Counted from the first letter of the stretch, positions 38,842 through 47,823 are shown. The stretch is DNA of 64,000 nt from an uncultured Candidatus Rokubacteria bacterium (GCA_963708025.1 CAVPSB010000013.1:224001-288000), one strand, 5' to 3'. Notes: generated by a model not told the origin, from the sequence alone. Numbers and translations: made by a program.

Positions 38842-40572
38842 CTACTCGAGCGAGAACACCTTGAGCGCGCCGGCGTCCTTCGGCATGCTGATGAACGGCT
38901 CGCCGAACAGACCGGCGTACTCGTCGCCGACCAGCGAGCCCCAGCCGGTGGCGACCGCGATGTACTGCTTGCCCTTCGCGGTGTAGCTGATGATCCCACC
39001 GACGTGGCCGATGCCGTTGTTGTGCGACCAGAGCTGCTGCCCGGTCTGGGCATCGTAGGCGCGGAGATAGCCGCGCGCATCCGGCACGAACAGCAGGTTC
39101 CCGCCCGTCGCCAGCAAGCTTGCCAGCGGCGGCTCCGGGAAGAAGATCTCCCACTTCATGGCCCCGGTCACCGGGTCTCGGGCGTTGACGTGACCGTGGG
39201 CGATGCCGCCCTCGGGGTTCCGGAGCTTGAAGTCGGCCCCGATGTTGAGCTGGGCCTGGGGCTCCAGGATGGGCGTCGTCTTGACGACCTTCAGGTCCAT
39301 GCACCATTCCTGGCCGACCTTGTAGTAGAGGCCGGTCTTCGGGCTGTAGGCGCCGGTGTTCCAGCTGATGCCGCCGGCGATCGCCGGGCAGAGGTTCTTG
39401 TGCTCGCCCTCGGCCAGGTCACGCCGGCCGATGAGCGCGCCGGTCTTGGGGTCGATGTCCTTCACGAAGTTGATGTTCTTCACCAGCCGCCAGACGTTCT
39501 CGATCTTGCCGTTCGACCGGTCGTAGACGAACACGAAGCCGCCCTTGTTCGGGTGGACGACCAGCTTCTTGCCGTCCCGCTCGATCATCACGAACTCGCC
39601 GACCGCGCTGTCGAAGTCCCAGGCGTCGTGCGGCAGCTCCTGGTGGTAGAACTTGAGCTGCCCGTTGTCCGGATTGAGCCCGATGACCGAGGTCGTGTAG
39701 AGGTTCGTGCCCGGTCGCGGCCCCTTGGTCTCCCACTCCGAGCCGGCCCAGTCGTAGAGCGGCGCCGGGTTGCCGGTGCCCCACCACACCGTGTTGGTCT
39801 CGACGTCGTAGGCGCCGACCATCCAGCCGCCGCCACCGCCGGTCTGCCAGGAGTCGCCGCCCCACGTCTTCTTGGCGTCCTCGGTCCCGGCGACGGTGAA
39901 GAACTCCCAGGCCTTCTGGCCGGTCGCCGCGTCCACGCCGAAGATCGGGCCGCGCCACGGCCACTCGCCGCCCTGGGCGCCGATGATGACCTTGTCCTTG
40001 ACGACGAGCGGGGCGCCGGTGAAGCCGACCGTCAGCTTCTCCGAGTTGATCAGCTTGGTGTCCCAGGCCGGCTTGCCGGTCTTCATGTCCAGGGCGATCA
40101 GCCGCCCGTCGACGGTCCCGACGAAGACCTTCCCGTGGCCGAGGGCGATGCCCCGGGTGTACGGGCTGTGCGTCTGCGCCGCGACCAGGTCGTCGTTCAG
40201 CTTGGGGAAGAAGGACCAGATGAACTCGCCGGTGGCGCCGTCGAGCGCGAAGACACGGCTGTAGGAGCCCGTGTAGTAGAGGACGCCGTCGGCCACCAGC
40301 GGAAACGACTGCAGCCCGCGGGTCGTGCGGCCAGGATGGTGCGACCAGGCGACCCGGAGCCGCTTGACGTTGTCGGTGTTGACCTGATCGAGGGAGCTGT
40401 AGTGCCACGAGCGGTAGCTGCCGTGGTACGTCAGCCAGTCGTTGGGGTTCTTGTCCGCGGACTCGAGCCGGGACGGATCGATCGCCCACGCCGGGCCGGA
40501 CCAGCCTGCCAGGACGGCGGCCAGGATGGTCAGGGCCAGCGGGATGCGTCTCGCTCTCACCAGAGTCGTCAT
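38842..40572 (-). CDS. PQQ-dependent dehydrogenase 1 (methanol/ethanol family), lanthanide-type motif, no vicinal Cys-Cys
   Basis: WLTYHG, GGEW, GTGNPAP, PHDAWDFDS; QTHSPYTRG occupies the CCxxxNRG position. Confidence 0.9.
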   Translation of the reverse strand: MTTLVRARRIPLALTILAAVLAGWSGPAWAIDPSRLESADKNPNDWLTYHGSYRSWHYSSLDQVNTDNVKRLRVAWSHHPGRTTRGLQSFPLVADGVLYYTGSYSRVFALDGATGEFIWSFFPKLNDDLVAAQTHSPYTRGIALGHGKVFVGTVDGRLIALDMKTGKPAWDTKLINSEKLTVGFTGAPLVVKDKVIIGAQGGEWPWRGPIFGVDAATGQKAWEFFTVAGTEDAKKTWGGDSWQTGGGGGWMVGAYDVETNTVWWGTGNPAPLYDWAGSEWETKGPRPGTNLYTTSVIGLNPDNGQLKFYHQELPHDAWDFDSAVGEFVMIERDGKKLVVHPNKGGFVFVYDRSNGKIENVWRLVKNINFVKDIDPKTGALIGRRDLAEGEHKNLCPAIAGGISWNTGAYSPKTGLYYKVGQEWCMDLKVVKTTPILEPQAQLNIGADFKLRNPEGGIAHGHVNARDPVTGAMKWEIFFPEPPLASLLATGGNLLFVPDARGYLRAYDAQTGQQLWSHNNGIGHVGGIISYTAKGKQYIAVATGWGSLVGDEYAGLFGEPFISMPKDAGALKVFSLE

Positions 40573-40704
40573 GGCCTCGTCTCCTGAGTTCTGTGCGATG
40601 TCCCTCGGTCGATCTCCCCAGGCGATCGGAGGCTCGTCATCGAGCCCCGGCCTTCCCACCTCCTCCCAGCGCTCGACGCGCCACGGTGCGATCCGGCGCG
40701 CGCC

Positions 40705-41214
40705 TCAGGGCAGGCTGATCCGCGACGCCCGGCCGGGGACCGGGCCGGTGACCCGAACCTGGCGGCCCGGCATCAGCCCGGTCAGCGACGGCGCCCCCGG
40801 TCCCTCGTCGGCGACGTAGAAGCCGTGGACGCGACCCGAGCCGTCTTCGACCAGGAGCACGCGACGGAGCGGGTCGACGGTCTTGACGATCCCCACCGCC
40901 TCGACACCGGATGGCGTTGCGGCGCAGCGGCGGGTGGTGGGCTCGACGCGGCCGTCGGGTGTGGCCGTCAGCCGGCCCTGGCAGTCGCGAAACTGGACCT
41001 CGCCGGTCTCGCCGGCGACGAGCCAGCCGAGGCTCCGCCCCATTCCCATCACCAGGAGCTCTTCCGCGCCGGCCCCGGGCGGGTTGGCCAGGCCCGGCAG
41101 ACACGTGACCAGCGCCACTGCCGCCGCGGCTCCGATCCTGGTCCCGAGCGGTGCCACCGGGCGGGGTCCCCGAGAGTTCCCGCATGACACGACCACTTCG
41201 CTCCTGCCCACCAA
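40705..41214 (-). CDS. Hypothetical exported protein with small beta-barrel-like C-terminus
   Basis: GIVKTVD...LMPGRQVRVTG pattern; located between pqqA and dehydrogenase 1; start uncertain. Confidence 0.45.
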   Translation of the reverse strand: MVGRSEVVVSCGNSRGPRPVAPLGTRIGAAAAVALVTCLPGLANPPGAGAEELLVMGMGRSLGWLVAGETGEVQFRDCQGRLTATPDGRVEPTTRRCAATPSGVEAVGIVKTVDPLRRVLLVEDGSGRVHGFYVADEGPGAPSLTGLMPGRQVRVTGPVPGRASRISLP

Positions 41215-41352
41215 GGACCGCGCGACTACTTTTGAGCCGAGCGACGGCGGATGTCAAGGGCATGAGACGGCCGAGGCCAGGGCGACAGAGACGACACAGC
41301 CCTGCTCGCGGACGAACAGGGCTGCGCTACTTCCCGACGGGACCGATGCTGT

Positions 41353-41436
41353 CTAGATCCCCTCGTAGTCTTCCTGGTACGAGTTGACCTCCGCGTCCAT
41401 CTTGACCTCGACGAAGCTGGGTGTTTCCCACGTCAT
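41353..41436 (-). CDS. pqqA: PQQ precursor peptide PqqA (27 aa), not in ORF track
   Basis: MTWETPSFVEVKMDAEVNSYQEDYEGI: W-x-x-P leader and E-x-x-x-Y core; GGAGG RBS upstream. Confidence 0.92.
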   Translation of the reverse strand: MTWETPSFVEVKMDAEVNSYQEDYEGI

Positions 41437-41492
41437 TCAACTCACCTCCATTCAGCCCCGAAGGGCACCGGCTCACGTGAGCTCGTGACCCG

Positions 41493-41522
41493 ATGGTAGA
41501 GGACGGCACTCGACCGCGTCAA
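41493..41522 (-). promoter_or_regulatory. Putative sigma70 promoter of pqqA
   Basis: TTGACG-18 bp-TACCAT on the minus strand. Confidence 0.5.
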
Positions 41523-41545
41523 GCCCTATTGCGGGGCCCTCTTGA

Positions 41546-41838
41546 TGGTCTATAGAAATGTCCTCCCCTAACTGTTCAGTAGAAATGTCCTCCCATGGAG
41601 ACATGGGAGACCGTCACGATGAGTCGAAAGGAGGCCCCCCGGGCTGGCCTGGTCAAGGCGGCCCTGGCCGGTCAGATCAGCCATGCCGAAGGGGCCCACG
41701 CCCTCCAGATCAGCGTCCGCCAGTTCCGCCGGCACGGCCCGCTATCGGGAGACGGGCGTCCCGGGCCTGCTGCACGGCTCACCCCTCCAGGGGGCGGACA
41801 TTCTCACTGAACAGTTACGCGGACATTTCTACTGGACA
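41546..41838 (+). mobile_element. Internally deleted IS (ISNCY/IS1202-like) remnant
   Basis: Inverted ends with doubled TAGAAATGTCC / GGACATTTCTA; transposase N-terminal HTH fragment (MSRKEAPR...ISVRQFRR...GLLHG); flanking direct repeat AGCCCTATTGCGGGGCC. Confidence 0.8.
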
Positions 41839-41862
41839 GCGACAGCCCTATTGCGGGGCCGG

Positions 41863-42642
41863 TCAGCGTGCGCACCGGAACCCCAGATAGCGGAGCCGGG
41901 TCTCGGGCGGCAAGTGAGTCCGGGCCGCCGTCCGGAGGTGGCGGGGGGGAAAGTTCCAGGCGCCGCCACGGATGACCCGGCTCTCCCCGGCGGGCGGCCC
42001 CGCCGGATCGGACGGCGGCGACTCCGCGTAGTAGCGCTTCCCGTACCGGTCGCGCACCCACTCCCAGACGTTGCCCGCCATGTCGTGGGCGCCGTAGGGG
42101 CTGACCCCGGCCGGATAGCTTCCCACCGAGGTCACCCGCCCGACCGCGGCCGCGCCGTTCGCCCGCTCGGCGCTCCACTCGGCCCCCCAGGGAAACCGGC
42201 GGCCGTCGGGGCCGCGGGCCGCCTTCTCCCACTCGGCCTCGGTCGGGAGCCGGCCACCGCGCCAGCGGCAGTAGGCGTCGGCCTCGAACCACGACACACC
42301 GACGACGGGCAGGTCGGGCACAGCGAAGGCAGGCTCGTCCCAGCCGGCCGGCCCAAGCGCGCCGGCCCTGAGCCGCCAGGCCGACCCCTCGGGCGTCCAG
42401 TGCCGGGGCTCGTCGTAGCCGCCCGCCTCCAGGAACGCCGCGAAGCACGCGCGCGAGACCTCGCGGGCGTCGAGGGCGAAGCCGTCCAGCGTCACCCGAT
42501 GGCGGGGCTGCTCGTCGGGCGCCGTCTCCGCCTCGTCGGGGGCCGTGCCCATCCAGAACTCGCCGGCCGGGACGCGCACCATCTCGGCGCAGCCGGGCCC
42601 CACGGCGGCCAGGCCGAGCGCGAGGAGCCCGAGCGCCGTCAC
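41863..42642 (-). CDS. Formylglycine-generating enzyme (SUMF1/FGE-sulfatase domain) family protein
   Basis: VPAGEFWMG, PVVGVSW, RLPTEAEWEKAARG, DMAGNVWEW, GFRCA. Confidence 0.9.
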   Translation of the reverse strand: MTALGLLALGLAAVGPGCAEMVRVPAGEFWMGTAPDEAETAPDEQPRHRVTLDGFALDAREVSRACFAAFLEAGGYDEPRHWTPEGSAWRLRAGALGPAGWDEPAFAVPDLPVVGVSWFEADAYCRWRGGRLPTEAEWEKAARGPDGRRFPWGAEWSAERANGAAAVGRVTSVGSYPAGVSPYGAHDMAGNVWEWVRDRYGKRYYAESPPSDPAGPPAGESRVIRGGAWNFPPRHLRTAARTHLPPETRLRYLGFRCAR

Positions 42643-43070
42643 CGCGGTGCGCTGCCCTGGCGGAGCTGCTCGTTGATCTGGAAGAGGGCGCGGTAGAGCG
42701 GCACCGTCAGGCGGTCCTGGTAGAAGTAGAAGTCCTCCAGCCGGGCCTTGTAGACCGTGGGGGCGTACGGGAATCGCACCTGGCCCGCGCGGCGCGTCGC
42801 GTCGAGCGCCTCGGGTGGCGGCGGCGCGCCGGGGGCGCTCCCCACCGCGTGCTCCAGCGCCCCGCCGATCAGGAACCCGGTGAGGAGCGCCAGCTTCTCG
42901 CCCTCCCCGAGGGCCCGCCACGCGTGACCGTCCATCGCCAGGAAGCTCGGCGCCGGCTGGGCCGCGACCGGGCGATCCAGGCTGACGTTCCCCATCAGCC
43001 CGAGCCCGAGGGCGACCGCCGTGGCGAGGCGGCGAGACGGTCGGCTACTTCTTGGCCTTGGCGGTGACAC
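42639..43070 (-). CDS. Hypothetical exported protein
   Basis: Signal-like N-terminus, GTGA coupling with the FGE gene; start uncertain. Confidence 0.6.
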   Translation of the reverse strand: MSPPRPRSSRPSRRLATAVALGLGLMGNVSLDRPVAAQPAPSFLAMDGHAWRALGEGEKLALLTGFLIGGALEHAVGSAPGAPPPPEALDATRRAGQVRFPYAPTVYKARLEDFYFYQDRLTVPLYRALFQINEQLRQGSAPR

Positions 43071-43578
43071 TGGGCGCCCGGGCGTCCGGGGACACGACCA
43101 GGTAGTCCCACATGCCGGCCACCCCGTGGGCGGCGACCCCGCACCACCACAGGAACCGGCCTTCCTTGTTCGCCACGAAGTCGAAGGTGTCCGTCTCGCC
43201 CGCCATCATGCCGGGGACGAGCCGCCGGGTGAGCGCCCGCGGGAAGGCGGGCTTGCCGCCCTCGACCGGCAGCGGGGTGACCTCGTCGATGACGGCCAGG
43301 CTGTGGGGCAGGGCGCCGAGTCCCTTGTTCTGGAACTCCACCGCCACCTTCCAGCCGAGCGGCACCGTCACCGTCATGTTCCCGTTGCCGTAGCCGTTGA
43401 AGTTCATGGTGCCGTTGCTGCCGTCGGCAGCGGCCACGAAGACGAGCCGCACGAGCTGCTTGTCGGCCTCGACCGTCATCCAGGGCGGCGTGATCTGCTC
43501 GTCGGCGCGCGCGACGAGCGTCAGCCCGACGAGGCCCGCACAGAGCGGGATGAGCCCGAGTCGGCACCGCCGCTTCAT
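43045..43578 (-). CDS. Sulfocyanin/rusticyanin-like type 1 blue copper protein
   Basis: MNFNGY, LPHSL, CGVAAHGVAGMW (H, C, H, M ligands), signal peptide. Confidence 0.85.
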   Translation of the reverse strand: MKRRCRLGLIPLCAGLVGLTLVARADEQITPPWMTVEADKQLVRLVFVAAADGSNGTMNFNGYGNGNMTVTVPLGWKVAVEFQNKGLGALPHSLAVIDEVTPLPVEGGKPAFPRALTRRLVPGMMAGETDTFDFVANKEGRFLWWCGVAAHGVAGMWDYLVVSPDARAPSVTAKAKK

Positions 43579-43653
43579 CCTACCTCCCGGTGGGGAAACA
43601 GCGAGGGAGGTGGCTCGCCACCTCCCTCGTTCCCTCGCTGAATGACGGCGCCG

Positions 43654-45336
43654 CTACTTCTTCGGCAGCCCGAAGACGAACACCGTGTCGCCGTACTTGA
43701 AGTTGAGCTGGAAGTTGCCGCCGGCGGCCACCGCGATGAACTGCTCCCCGTCCACCTCGTAGGAGATCGGGGCCGCGTTGACGCCGGCGCCGGTGCTGAA
43801 CCGCCACAGCTCCTTCCCGGTCTTGGCGTCGAAGGCGTAGAAGTTGCCGGTGCCGTCCCCGCCGGTGAAGACGACGCCGCCCGCGGTGACCACGGGGCCG
43901 CCGATCATCGGATCCGGCAGCTTGTTCTGCCAGGCGATCTTCCCGGTGTTGACGTCGATGGCGCTGAAGGTGCCCCACTGCTCCTCGCCGGGGATCGCCA
44001 CGAACGCGCTCCCCAGCCAGAGCTTGCCCTTCTCGTAGGGCGCCGAGTGGGTGATGTACCACATCGGCTGGTGGAGGCCCAGGACGTACGCAAGCTGGGT
44101 GTCGGGGCTGTAGGCCACCGGCGACCACTCGGCCCCGCCGTTGGCGCCGGGCAGCATCCGGACTCCGGTCGGCGTCGGCTGGGCGAACATGTTCTCCTGG
44201 GGCACGAAGGCGTCGGAGCGGCGGATCAGCTTCCCGGTCGCGCGCTCCAGGACGTAGAACCAGCCCGTCTTGCCGGCGTGGCCGACCGCCTTGACGCCGC
44301 CCGTCTCGAACAGCACCGCGGGGCTGACCGCGTCGAGGTCCCACACGTCGTGGGGCACGAACTGGTAGTGCCACTTGTAAGCCCCGGTCGTGGCGCTGAT
44401 GGCCACCATCGACTCGGTGTAGAGGTTGTCACCGGGCCGGATCTCGCCGTCCAGATCGGGCGAGGGGTTGCCCACCACGATGAAGAGCGTATCGGTGTCG
44501 GGGTCCACCGCCGGGGTCATCCAGGTCGAGCCGCCACCCCGCTGCCAGGCGTCCTTGTACTTGGCGAAGTCGGCCTTTTCCTTGTTGATCTCGCGGTTGA
44601 GCTTCTCCCCTTCCCAGGTGGTGGGGCTCCACTTCCCCTCCCAGCCGGTGTCGGGGATGGTCCAGAACCGCCAGGCCCGCTTGCCGTCGGACGCGTTGTA
44701 GGCGTCCACGAACCCGCGGACGCCGTACTCGGCCCCCGAGTTCCCCACGATGATCATGCCCTTGTAGGCCAGGGGCGCGATGGTCAGGCTGTAGCCGGCG
44801 GTCGCGTCGGCGACCTCCTGGTCCCACGCCACCTTCCCGGTCTTCTGGTCGAGGGCGATCAGGTGGGCGTCCAGGGTCGCCATGTAAACCTTGCCGTAGG
44901 CGACCGCCACGCCGCGGTTGTTGGGGCCGCAGCAGAGGATGGGGTTGCCGGCGAGCTTGTGCTCGTAGCGCCAGAGCTGCTTGCCGGTCCGGGCGTCGAC
45001 GGCGATGGCGTGGTTGTACGGGGTGGTCAGGTACATGACCCCGTCCACCACCAGCGGGGTGGTCTCGAACGACCCGATGGGACCGCTGGTCTGGTACACC
45101 CAGCGGGGCACCAGGCTCCCGACGTTCTGGGCGTTGATCTGGGTCAACGTCACGTAACGGGTATTGCTGTAGTCCTTGCCGTAGGTGAGCCAGTTCTTCG
45201 CGTCGGCCTTGGCACCGAGCAGCATCTGGTCGCTGACCTCGGTGTGGTTGACCTGGGCGAAAACGGGCGATGCGATCAGGAGGAAGAGAACGAGGACGGC
45301 GAGGCGAGGAACAAGGGTGCGGAACCCGCGGCTCAT
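43654..45336 (-). CDS. PQQ-dependent dehydrogenase 2 (methanol/ethanol family), lanthanide-type motif
   Basis: FETTPLV, CCGPNNRG, SGAEYGVRG, GNPSP, PHDVWDLDA. Confidence 0.9.
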   Translation of the reverse strand: MSRGFRTLVPRLAVLVLFLLIASPVFAQVNHTEVSDQMLLGAKADAKNWLTYGKDYSNTRYVTLTQINAQNVGSLVPRWVYQTSGPIGSFETTPLVVDGVMYLTTPYNHAIAVDARTGKQLWRYEHKLAGNPILCCGPNNRGVAVAYGKVYMATLDAHLIALDQKTGKVAWDQEVADATAGYSLTIAPLAYKGMIIVGNSGAEYGVRGFVDAYNASDGKRAWRFWTIPDTGWEGKWSPTTWEGEKLNREINKEKADFAKYKDAWQRGGGSTWMTPAVDPDTDTLFIVVGNPSPDLDGEIRPGDNLYTESMVAISATTGAYKWHYQFVPHDVWDLDAVSPAVLFETGGVKAVGHAGKTGWFYVLERATGKLIRRSDAFVPQENMFAQPTPTGVRMLPGANGGAEWSPVAYSPDTQLAYVLGLHQPMWYITHSAPYEKGKLWLGSAFVAIPGEEQWGTFSAIDVNTGKIAWQNKLPDPMIGGPVVTAGGVVFTGGDGTGNFYAFDAKTGKELWRFSTGAGVNAAPISYEVDGEQFIAVAAGGNFQLNFKYGDTVFVFGLPKK

Positions 45337-45542
45337 CGTGCGCCTCCGTGGCAACCGTCGTTGGCTGCCTTCCCGATTCCCGACCTGAACGGCGAGTGAT
45401 TCCCCGATCTTCCCCCTTTCCACGTCCGGCCGACCCGGTGGATTGGCGGCCCATTTAACCGCGAGGCCCGAACCCCGTCAAGCCCGGGAAGCTCCGAAGG
45501 CCCGGCCCAGGGCTGGCCGGCCCGACACCCGGCTCGGAGGCG

Positions 45543-46466
45543 CTACGGCGTCGCCCGCCGCGCTTCGGGGGTGAGCCCGGCCGGCAGCTCGAAGCTGGCG
45601 GCGTCGAGCGGCCCGTCGTCGATCCGGGTGACCTCGCCCCGGTGGCGGAACAACGTCGCCTCGAGCTGGCCCCGCGCCGGCCCGACGAGCAGGCGCTCCC
45701 AGCGCAGGACGACCCCACCGAGCTTGCGCTGCTCCGCCTCCATCAGGCGGTGCATCAGCTCGAAGACCGCGAGGACGTCGCGCCGCTGGCCGAACACCCG
45801 GAGCTGGCGCTCCTGGAGCGCGCCGCGCTCGCCGGCCAGCTCCGCCACCCGCTCCTCGACCGCCCGCAGCTCCCGCGTCGCCGGAGTGTCCGGGGCCAGG
45901 CAGAGGTCGAACGTCATCGAGAAGCGCGACGGCGCCGGCTGGACCGGCCCCCCGCCGCGGGTGCCGGCGAGGACCACCTCGCGGGAGGCCCGCAGGACGA
46001 CCCGCTCGCACTCCCGCCCGCGCACCTGCTGGCGCTCCCCGCTCCGCTCCACGGCGACGGCCAGCACGGGAGGGCCCGCGGTCGGGTCCACCTTGAGGAC
46101 CCGCTCGGCCGCCGCCAGCACGTCCTCCTGCTCCTGCCGCACCGTCGCGTAAGTCTCCTCGGTGTAGGTGCCGGCGTCGAGGTTGATCTCGTAGCGCCGC
46201 CCCCGGTCGGGCTGCTCCAGGGTCACGCGGTGACCCGGCTTCTGGTAGCGCGCGCCCCGGCGCGTCACGACGGTGCGCCCACCCTTCGCCTCCTGGCGCA
46301 GCCGGTCGCCCTTGACGCTCACGGTGACCTGCTCCTCGAGCTCGACGGTGCCGCGGATCAGGGAATCGGTGGTGTACGCCACCAGCTCATATGAGACATC
46401 GGCCCGTGCCGGGCCGGCAACGCTGAGCACGAGTCCCAGGACGCCCCCGACCAGCCGTCGTCGCAT
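45543..46466 (-). CDS. Hypothetical exported protein (DUF4412-like)
   Basis: Signal peptide ..PARAD, GERQQVRGRECE, LDAASFELPAG. Confidence 0.55.
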   Translation of the reverse strand: MRRRLVGGVLGLVLSVAGPARADVSYELVAYTTDSLIRGTVELEEQVTVSVKGDRLRQEAKGGRTVVTRRGARYQKPGHRVTLEQPDRGRRYEINLDAGTYTEETYATVRQEQEDVLAAAERVLKVDPTAGPPVLAVAVERSGERQQVRGRECERVVLRASREVVLAGTRGGGPVQPAPSRFSMTFDLCLAPDTPATRELRAVEERVAELAGERGALQERQLRVFGQRRDVLAVFELMHRLMEAEQRKLGGVVLRWERLLVGPARGQLEATLFRHRGEVTRIDDGPLDAASFELPAGLTPEARRATP

Positions 46467-46540
46467 GTCTCCCCTCCTTCCGGTCAGCAGAAAGTGCAAG
46501 GCCACCGGACGTGGCACCCAATGTGCATGTCCATGAGGGC

Positions 46541-46798
46541 ATGGGACGGGGAGCGCCGCTCCTGGCAGCACTGGCCCTGCTCGCCGCGGTCACGGTCGAG
46601 CGACTCGACCTCTACGACCAGAGCGGGCGATTCCACGGCTACGTCCTGATCGACGAGGACAGCGGGCGCGTGGACGTGTACGACGCGCGGGCCCGCCGCC
46701 TCGGCTTCGGCCAGGTCAGCATCGCCCGCCCCACCGGCATCCTCGACTTCCTGACCGCCCGGGGCTTTCGCCTGGTCTCGCCCCGCACCCGCTTCTGA
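46541..46798 (+). CDS. Small hypothetical exported protein
   Basis: Signal peptide; internal repeat DLYDQSGRFHGY / DVYDARARRLGF. Confidence 0.55.
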   Translation: MGRGAPLLAALALLAAVTVERLDLYDQSGRFHGYVLIDEDSGRVDVYDARARRLGFGQVSIARPTGILDFLTARGFRLVSPRTRF

Positions 46799-46869
46799 GG
46801 CAACCCGGCGGGGCGCTCCGGAGCCTGCCCGGGGACGCAGTCCAGCGGCGCCACCCTGGCGCTGCGAGT

Positions 46870-47823
46870 CTACTCCAAGCCGATGTCCTGCTCGAACTCG
46901 CGGACCAGGGTCCAGACGCGGTCGGGATCACGCAACAGCACCTGGTGATCCGCCCCGGGAACCACCGCGAACCGCGCGTTCGGCCGTCCGCTCGCCAGCG
47001 CCCGCGTGACATCGACCGGGGCCAGGTCGTCCCGCTCGCCGTGGATGAAGAGGATCGGGCGGTCTCGGGCCCGGGCGAGGAGCCGCGAGTAGTCGGTCGC
47101 GACGAGCGTCTGGCGCAGCGTCCCCGAGACCGAGTTCCACGTGTGCTTCAGCGAGTCGAGATAGATGTCCGGCGGAAGGTCGAACAGCGGGGCGAGCCAG
47201 GGCAGCCGGAACATGGGCTCGATGTAGTGGCTGGCCCGCACCCACCACTCTCCCGTCAGCGTCCCGCGCTCCATCCGGGAGTACCGCCCGAGCCGTGTCC
47301 GCGCGTCGGCCTCGCCCCGGAACACCGGGAGCGCGATCAGGACGGCGCCGTCGAACCACTCGGGATACTGGCCCAGCATCGCCAGCGCGACGACCGCGCC
47401 GAGCGAGTGCCCCACGACCAGGGTGTGTCCGCCGTCGAAGTGCCGCTCGCGGACGAGCCTCTCCAGGGCCGTCAGGTGGTCCCGGAGATCGTAGCGGGCG
47501 CGGGGCTTCGGCGAGTCCCCGAACCCGAGAAGGTCCGGGACGAGCAACCGATGGTCGCCCAGCAGCGGCCCGACCCGGTGCGTCCAGTAGCGCGACGACG
47601 CGGCCAGCCCGTGGAGCGGGAGCATCCGCCGGGGGCCGGCGCCGAGCTCCACGAAGTGGAGCTCCGTCCTGGCCGGATCGAATGGCGGGGCGCTCGCCTC
47701 GTACAAGTACCTCCCGACGCCGACGGCGAATACCCCGCCAGCGACCAAGCCGAGCACGGCCAGGCCGCGAAGGAGCAGGCGACGGCGGCGTCGGTCGCCG
47801 GCCGCGCCGCGAGATGGGCTCAC
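46870..47823 (-). CDS. Alpha/beta hydrolase
   Basis: LHGLAAS, PDLLGFGDS, GHSLG, HGERD, GADH. Confidence 0.9.
   Translation of the reverse strand: MSPSRGAAGDRRRRRLLLRGLAVLGLVAGGVFAVGVGRYLYEASAPPFDPARTELHFVELGAGPRRMLPLHGLAASSRYWTHRVGPLLGDHRLLVPDLLGFGDSPKPRARYDLRDHLTALERLVRERHFDGGHTLVVGHSLGAVVALAMLGQYPEWFDGAVLIALPVFRGEADARTRLGRYSRMERGTLTGEWWVRASHYIEPMFRLPWLAPLFDLPPDIYLDSLKHTWNSVSGTLRQTLVATDYSRLLARARDRPILFIHGERDDLAPVDVTRALASGRPNARFAVVPGADHQVLLRDPDRVWTLVREFEQDIGLE

Noticed and set aside
41353-41385. Second PQQ core in the PqqA tail (QEDY)
   Set aside because: Spacing is E-x-Y, not E-x3-Y
38842-45336. Naming the dehydrogenases xoxF, mxaF or pedH
   Set aside because: Sequences diverge at diagnostic positions; clade assignment needs a phylogeny
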